From positions 83,888,001 through 83,952,000 of the forward strand of contig NW_024704742.1 of assembly GCF_018977255.1 (NCBI RefSeq): 64,000 nucleotides of DNA. The letters are read 5' to 3'. Below are positions 48,401 to 57,400 of this stretch, piece by piece. Position 1 is the first letter of the stretch. The number at the start of each line of letters is the position of its first letter. Source of the DNA: Callorhinchus milii (lineage: Eukaryota). The notes under the pieces are model-generated. The model saw only the letters and a list, made by a program, of their open reading frames with translations, did not search any database and was not told the origin of the DNA. Both the position numbers and the translations under genes were made by a program.

Positions 48401-51400
48401 CAAATCTCAAGTGCTGACATTGAGTGTGAGTCCTGTGCTTGGATCACAAATGCAGAGAATACAAACACTGCACTTCATGAAGGAACAAGAATGATTGATT
48501 CTTGATGTCTCCACTGTTTTCCATGTCTAGTGAGGTACGGGTTAGACAGAACCTCTCATTAGTTAATGTTTCTCCTCAACAATTTACACTCCTCGTGTTC
48601 TGAGAGCAGTGATTTGTGAAGAGGTATGTTTCCATTGGCCTATTGGGAAATGGTGAAGGATGCTTTTACACTGCATTTAGTCATCCTGTTCCTCACCTGG
48701 CAAAATATTTTATGCTAAAAGTGTTGGCAAGGTTGTGATGGCATTGTGGTGACATCTCAACAATTGATACGCTATATCAAATGCTAGGATTATTATGATT
48801 ATTATTATTATGACGTTCCAGTGTTGCACAAGTATTCAAATACTCCAGATATGATGTGAAGGTGCAGGTCTTCCCCAGCACGTGGAGCCAAAGAGCACCA
48901 CATACCATTCCATAGGCAGACCACTGGAGGGAGTCTGAGGTGTACTTGAGGTTAAGGAGAACAAAGCACCTCAATGGTCTTTTCAATGCTGGATACGCAT
49001 TTCACTTAGACACCTCCAACTTAAAAAATGCCATTATTGCAGTACATAATAATAGCCTCATTTATCCTGGGTTCGATTCCCAGCAGGGCAAAATGTTGGG
49101 CAAGTTTCCTTACTCTACACGCCTCTGTTTACCTAACAATATGTAGGAACACAGTTGTTAGTTGATTGGCGGATCACTTTTCCGGGGATAAAATGTCCTT
49201 CAAAAAAATAAATAATAATAATAAGTTGGTCACTTAATCCACAACTGTTTTTTGTAATTGGCTGCTGTGTTTCGTCCACAAAATATGCAGTCAATTAACT
49301 TTACAGCATATTCTGTGAAGCCCTTTGAGATGTCTCGAAGATGTGATAAGGCTCAATATCAAATGCAAAGATTATTATTGTCTACACATGTTATTCTTGT
49401 AAATTAGTTATTCTTTTACGTGAATATACAGCTACAATTTGCACTTGTATAGCGCCTCTCTCATAGGATAGTGTCCTTAAAGCACTTCACAGAGACTGAG
49501 TGGGAGCCTGAGCATCATCTGAGAGAAACTGTTGCTAATCTGATAGCATTTTGTGACACTTTAATTTCTAATTGTTTGTGCTTTAATCCTAGGTTCTATG
49601 GTGAAACCTACAGCCATTTATTTTCTGGGACTATTTGTTCCTTATCTACTTACTATGTACCTGATGTGGAGTGCGTTTGAAATGTTCACCCCCATCCTGG
49701 GTCGAAGTGGTACTGAGATACCACCTGATATTGTGCTGGCCTCTATTATTGCTGGGTGCACCATTATTCTCACTGCTTATTTTGTAAGTATTAATGTTTA
49801 GAATGGAGGGGAAAAACAAGGGGAGAGAGAGGGAGGCAGGATAAAGATGTAGTTTGTTGTGGTTAGCTAAAAATTGGCTGTCGCATTTTTCCCACAAAAT
49901 ATACAGTATTAATTCACTTTATAGTATATCTGTGAAGTGCTTTGAGCCATCTCGAACACATGATAAGGGGCTCTATATCAAATGGAAGGATTATTATTAA
50001 AATGGGGTTGTGGCTTAAAGGAGCAATTACACATTAAATGCAGTTAACTCCTGATAACAAGACAAAACTCTTGATAATTACTATTGTCACGACCGCTTAA
50101 GTGGCCATGCTTGCCAATATGCCGGTTGCTTCCCAAAAATGTTAATAAGGAACACCACTTTGCTTGTCACTAAACTTAACGCATAACTCAACACCTTCTA
50201 GAAATTCTTGTATGTAACGACAATGCAAAATTAATCAGATAACTTGTCTTATAATATGGCGTCTTGCATCCAAAGGCCTCTTGCCCTTTCCTGTGACTGG
50301 TGTGGGGGCTTGGTGGAGGTTGGGTTCACACGCTCAGATGCTTCACAGAGGCCTCTGGTCTATTGGAGGAACACACCTAGGCCTCCTGTCGCGCCCTGTG
50401 CCCTATTCTATGACAGGACAGGGTGAGAGGCCACAGCACCACCCTTCAATAGACCAGAGGCCTCTGCAATACATCTAAGCATGTGACCCCAACCTCTGCT
50501 GAGCCCCCACCGCAGTCACAGTACCTGCTTGTGGCCTGGGAGGACCTATGAGTAACTATCCATTCCGGATCACTAGTTACCGAGCTCTTTTCCCTTGGAG
50601 TGATGAGTTATCAGGAGTTTACTGTAGATGAATCAGTAGTCGCTTTCCAACAAATGTATAAATAAAATTGTGGAGGTATTCCTGTTGCATGTTACCTACT
50701 GACTTTAAGCTGTGTACAATAGCTTAATGTACAATAAAGATTGGGTATTGAAGGCGTTACTTCTGTGCTGGAGTGTGCAGGTTGCAAGGAACATTTGTCA
50801 TGTTGTGTTAAATATATCCAAGAAGCATTTACAAGGAAAGAAAGGGCTTGATTTTTTTTACCATGGAAATGTGTAATGGAAACCAAGACTATCCAATATC
50901 AATCTAATATTCTAATAACATAATAAAGAATAGTCAGCACGGATTTCAAAAAGAAAGGTCATGCTTGACCAACCTCAATGAATTCTTTGAAGGGGTAACA
51001 GAAAGAGTAGACAAGGATAATGCGGTAGATGTAACATATTTAGATTTCCAAAAGGCGTTCGATAAGGTACCATGTAATAGACTAACGAATAATAATAATA
51101 ATATAATAATAATCCTTGCATTTGATATAGCGCTTTTCACGTCGGGAGGACGTCCCAAAGCGCTTCACAGAATATACTGTAAAGTGAGTTGACTGTATAT
51201 TTGTGGGCGAACGCGGCAGCCAATTGCGCACAGCAATGTCCCACAAACAGTCATAGATTGAAAATGACCAATTTAATTATTGTTTTTGTTTTTTGGAGGG
51301 ATTATTATTAGGCTCTGTGTGGAGTAAGGAAACTTGCCCAAGGTTTCGCCCTCTGCCTGGAATTGAACTCAGGTCTCTCGCTTGCAAAGCGAGTGCTCTA

Positions 51401-54400
51401 ACCACTGAGCTACAGGGAATAAGGTCAGAACATGTGGAGTCGGCGATAAATAGCACAACGGAGAGCAAGCTGGCTACAAAACAGAAAGCAGAGAGTAGGG
51501 GTAAAGGGTAGCTACTCAGACTGGCAGGGGATGGGCAATGGTGTTCCACAAGGATCAGTATTGGGACCACTGCTGTTCAAAATATACATCAATGATTTGG
51601 ACTCGGGAATCAGTAGTACAATTTCAAAAGTTGCGGACGACACCAAATTGGGGGGAGTAGTTAATACAGAGGAGGACTGCGACAAATTACAGCAAGACAT
51701 TAATAAACTTGCTGAATGGGCATTTCAATGGTACATTTTGGTAGAAGGAATAAGGAAGTCACATACATCCTGGAAAATAAAAACCTAAATGGGGTAGAGG
51801 AGCAAAGGGATCTAGGGGTACACATACACAATTCACTAAAAGTAGCAACGCAGGTTAATAAGGCCATAAAAAAAGCAAACCAGGAATTGGGTTTCATTTC
51901 TAGAGGGATAGAAATGAAAAGCAGGGAAGTTATGGTAAACATCTACAGAACCTCGGTTAGACCACACTTAGAATACTGTGTGCAGTTCTGGTCCCCACAT
52001 TATAGAAGGGGTGTAGAGCCACTGAAGAGGGTGCAAAGGAGATTCACAAGGATGATCCCAGAACTGAGAGGTTATACCTATCAGGAAAGGCTGAACATGC
52101 TTGGACTCTTTTCTCTTGAAAAGATGAGGGTAAGGGGTGACCTGATAGAAGTCTAAAATGATGAAAGGTTTTGATAGGGTAGACATAGGGAAGATGTTTC
52201 CATTTGTGGGAGAGACCAAAACCAGGGCCATCACAAATAGGCCATCACAAAGTAGTCACAAATAGATCAAATAGAAATTTCTTCACACAGAGAGGAGTAG
52301 GAATGTGGAACATGCTGCCACAAGGAGTTGTTGAGGCAAATAGCATAGATGTATTTATGGGAAAACTAGATAGGTACTTGAGGGAGAAAAGAATAGAAGG
52401 TTATGCTTGAAGGTTTAGTTGAGGAAGAGCAGGAGGAGGCTCATGTGGAGCATAAACATTGGCATAGACCAGTTGAGCCAAATGGCCTGTTTCTGTGCTG
52501 TATATTCTAATGTATCAATAGTGAAATATTCTTGTGAGTACAAGAGAATTGGATCGACTCCTGAGAAATATGATTGAAGGTCGTTCAGGTCAACTCACTT
52601 GACCTTTTGTCTAGGTTTCGGACCTATGTTACATCCAGGGATAGTCCCCAAAAATACAGTTCCCCTCCCACCCTGAGCCAAAGCAATACTGAGATATCCC
52701 TTGATGTTATATTGGCCTCTGTGATGGATCATTATTCTCACTGCTTGCTTATTTTGTAAGTGGTCATGTTTCATGGTGTTAAAAGTATGTGAATATTAAT
52801 ACTCAGTGGGAAGGGGATAGAGAGTGAGGGGGTGCAGGAGTTCAGCTAACTATTTATCAACAGTTTTTATTCCAAACCAACATCCCTGCCACCTATCGAA
52901 TAAGGAGTTAAGATATTTTACCTTTTGAATACTTCAGGAGAGTTTATTCCTCCAGTTTGTTTTTCACACCTCATATCTATTGTGGAGCACTTTCCACCTG
53001 TGGAATATTGAAGGTAAATTGCAGCATAACTTCATGATATGCAGTCATTTTGTGTTCTTGGCTGTAGCTTTTTCACCGCATATCTGTTATTTTCAGGTCG
53101 GACTGATTTACCTGTGCAGGAGTACGAAACGCACACTGTTGACTTTGGGTTCTGTGTTTATTGCTGCAGCCGTTCTTGTGTGCAGTGGAGCATGTTTTCC
53201 CTATTCCTCTAACCCCGATAGTCCCCACCCAAAGCGTGTCTATCTTCAGGTAAGAGAAGCTCAGCTTGTCCGAAAGTAGTTGCTTCCTTTTTAAAGTAAT
53301 TTAATGTGTAGGAGAATAAAACTATTGGGTATAAATTGAAATTATTCATTTTTAGTTCCACCACACTACTGAATACAGGGCAATTGAGCTGATAATTCTA
53401 TGAATTGTTAGACTGATCCTACATTACTCTGTAGACCTGTTGATAAAGCTCTCTTTATTATTATGTATTTATTATTGGGGTTTGAAGATTCAAACCCAAG
53501 CGATCATAAGATCTGTTTGGATGAAGAAGTCCCTTCGGCCCATTTACAATACAAAATTATATTTGTAAAGCGCCTTTCATGTTGGGAGGACGTCCCAAGG
53601 GCACTGGACAGTCAGGGATTTGGACCCAAGCTGGGGGGTGTGGGGATCTGGGAGGGTGGAGGGCAGGGAGTGTAGGAGGGTGGCTGAAGGAAGAGGAGCG
53701 TTTTGAGACATTTGATCGTATTGTTCCAACCCACCCACCATCCTCACATAGCATCAAGCTGTTTCTTCAATGAATCCAGTGTTCTGACCTTAATTACCCA
53801 TCCTGATTACCCATTTCAGTTGTTTAAGTACCCTTTGGGTAAAGAGATACTGATGTCTGTTCCAGAAGTTGCCCTTTGCAATCTTGAACCCGTGCCCCCT
53901 TATTCTGCTGCCCTGGCATATCTGAAAGTAGTTCCTCAACATTAGATTTGGATTGGATCAAATCAGAGCTACACAAATCTACCTGCTTAAAGCTATAGGA
54001 AGGAAAACAGGCCTCAAAATGAGGCACTGATTCTTTTAAGGATTTTCCTGTTGGTGAACTATACATTTTGTTTCAGTCCCTAATAAATGAGCATGGTGAC
54101 AGCAGTTCTTAATGAACTGGAAATAACAAGTCAACTCATGAAGAAGTGCTTGACAATAGTGATTGCGGGAATGGGCACTTTTCTAATCACTATCTTTGAG
54201 ATCCTCTGCAGGTGGTTTGAGGTGAGCACATTCAAGTTGATAAATTGAGACCTAATAATTAAATAAATAAGCAAGCAAGCACACAGTGCTTACTTGTCCT
54301 GGTGCCACAGAGAGATTTTGTTTCTAAATTCACTTAAACAGTTCTAACCTGATTTACTGCCCTATTCCTTTAATCAGTTCCTTCAAACCATTAAACCAAA

Positions 54401-57400
54401 CAGCTCATGCTAATTCCACTTCAAACTGAATTATACCATTTCTAGACACCGAGATGTTAGTTCTTGCCCTCGAGGAACACCTAACTATGGATTTCCTGGG
54501 ACAACATCGCAACCCCAATCAACACATCTACTCGCATTTATTTTAATTATTGGTTGTATTTAATTACTTTTTAGAAACGGGGAAATTTGCCGACAGAATA
54601 CAGTCAATTAACTTTACAGTATATCCTGTGAAGTGCTTTGAGACGTTTTGACGACCTGATAAGGTGCTATATGAAATGCAAGGATTGTTGTTCATTATAA
54701 ATTTCATAAGGACATATTTCAGGACCTAAGCGGAGGAAATAGATCAAACATAATCAGTAGATCAAAGGTACAACATGTGAACTTGATCAAAAGCAGACAA
54801 GAATAGTTTACTGCATTTCAGGATAACAAATAGTTCCAATCTTTTCTCACACCGATGTCATCCAGAGTGGGGGTTGTGACAAGTGATATGAAGGCCTTTC
54901 TTTTTAGTAGTTTCCAGTAATTTGCTTTCTCGTTGTTTCTCTCCCCCCTTCCTTTCTCCACTTTAGCACACAACAAGGACATTCCGAGACCTTGGTGGGG
55001 AAATTATCAAGAGAGATTCTGGAATATGGATTAATGCATTTGATTACACTCTCATGTCCCATGTTACCCCACATATACCGGAAATAAATAGTACAATAAG
55101 AACCTCATGTGAGAATGCCCCTTTTTGTGGATTTCCTTGGTATCTGCCTGTTCAAAACCTCATCAGGTGAGAGATATTTTTGTCAATTCCTTTTTTTTAA
55201 TCCTCCTCTCCTAAAGTTGAAAGGCTAGATTGAGTGTTTGTTGGGTGGGAGTGTTGGGTGTGCTGTTGATCATGGTGGATGGGGACTTAGAGGGGGAGTT
55301 TTTTTCCTGTGCTGGTCATGAGGCTGAATGAGTCTGGCTGACTTTTTTGTTGCTTTTCAAACCCATGGCTCTGCTCTGTGTTCAATTTTGAGGTCTTTCT
55401 TTCCTTGTCAAACCAAACTGCGTCAGTCAGTTAGCAATGAGTCATTACTAGGGGGTCTTGGTTTTATTGGTTACAGCAGTAGCACCAGCCTCTTCTGTTC
55501 AGCCTCCACAATCAGTTGGTTGTGGTAAACCTGCCTAAATCTACCGCCATAACCAAAGTCTACTGTCAGTCTGGGCACAAGTTTTTGATTTTGGGTAATA
55601 TTTTTGTTGCTTTTCAAAGGTCAGTCAGATTTGTGGAAGTACAGATGTGATGTTATTGTGAGTAATGATGAGCAATGTTTGATTCTGCTTCCTGAGGAAA
55701 TGTTTCCTTCAAACCTATTTGCTGGTTTTATTCTGTCATTCAGGAAAAACTGGTACTTACCTGCTTCTGAAGTTTCACCCAAGACCCCTGTTGTTTTCAA
55801 ACTGGTTTCCAAGCAAGTGATGCCTTGGGACTCCACAAAATTAATCTTTGAGGTCACAGGTATGATGTACCACCCAATTTTTGAGAGTCCATTTCTGTGG
55901 ATAGTCCATTTTATATTTGTGAAAGTTTATTGTGCATCAAGGAAAAGCAAACACTGTGGAAATGTTTGCATTTTGTAAATCTGTGTACAAAAAAGTAATA
56001 ATAATGATTTGCTGTTTTATAGCATTTTTCAAGTAAAATAAACCTCTTGATCAAGCGCTTTATAAAATAAAATTGATTTTAAAAATGAAGAATCCGTTTT
56101 ATAGACAAAAGTGGTGTCTACTCTGTTACAGCAATTTTCCATAAACAAACAATGAATTGGGTGCATTTGAAGTAACTAAAAGTTTGGGAAAATTGAGGAG
56201 GGAGAGGAAGGAGTAGAAAGTAAAAATAGGGGGCAAATAAAATAGACAACCGAGTTGGGAGATCAGGTCTGGAGAAACAGCCAACACACGTGTGGGAAGA
56301 AGGTTATAGAGGGCCGAATCACGCACAGTCCTACCTGGTAAAAGCACCAGTTCATCTTCAGTATTTGCCTGAGGAAAATTGTTCTCGGATAATAATAATC
56401 CTTGCATTTGATATAGTGCCTCATCACATTTGAGACGTCTCAAAGTGCTTCACGGAATATACTGTAAAGTGAATTGACTGTATTTTGTGGGCGAAACGTG
56501 ACAGCCAATTGTGCACAGCTTCCCTAAGTGGCACATTTTCACTTGTGTGTGTCAAGACTATTCTGTCCTTGCGGACTGAGTACTTGTGCTTTACGACAGG
56601 GTCTTTGGGGATACTCAGGAGTAGAAATTGTGTCTATTACTGTCAACTTCTCTAACCCAAAGGTACGGAGGTCACCTGTTATGCCCCAATTACCACCTGG
56701 CCTTAGCTTAACTAATTCAGCACAAGACGAGATTCAAACTGGGCGTGGACTTTCCTATTTATTATGGCTTAATTTTTTGCTGGACCATCGCTTAACCTAC
56801 TGATAAAGGCTTGACTGACAGGCTAAAAGAATTGAGCGCTCCAGGCCTTGATCGAGTGCACTCGAGGGTACTTAAGAAAGCGACGGATGAAATTGGTCAC
56901 TTGTAATGAAAGTGAAATTGTATTGGCAGGTATGTTTAGACTCCTATTGAAAACTGGTGTTGTACCTTAGGATTCGAGAACCGGGAACATAATACTAATT
57001 TACCAAAAAAGGGTAAAAATCCCAAGCAATGAACTGCAGGCTGAAGAGGCTGACATCAAAGGCCCACAATTCCACCCCGTCTTAGCTTATGGAACTATTT
57101 TGTCTTCAAATTTAAGACTACGCAGAATTGGAACATTCTCAGATTCAGTCTCAATTTGGAAGTCAGATTTCCGCAGTTCTAAACGAAAACCAGCTTCTCG
57201 GTTGAGTCTTAATTTAAGAATTCTACACAATTCTGTGCAACTTTAAAGAAACAATGTTAAGAAACATTGTTAAGAAACATTAGCGTTGTAGACTAAAACT
57301 AGGTGCAGTTTCAGACAGGAGTGCAGGTGTCTCAAAGACAAACATCAAATTGTAAGTGAGACTCAGCACGTCTTTATGATGAAGGCATCTACTGGAATTT

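Noticed and set aside
50965..52410. Reverse transcriptase ORFs as an active or novel RT system
   Set aside because: Fragmented, frameshifted, 5'-truncated ordinary CR1 LINE
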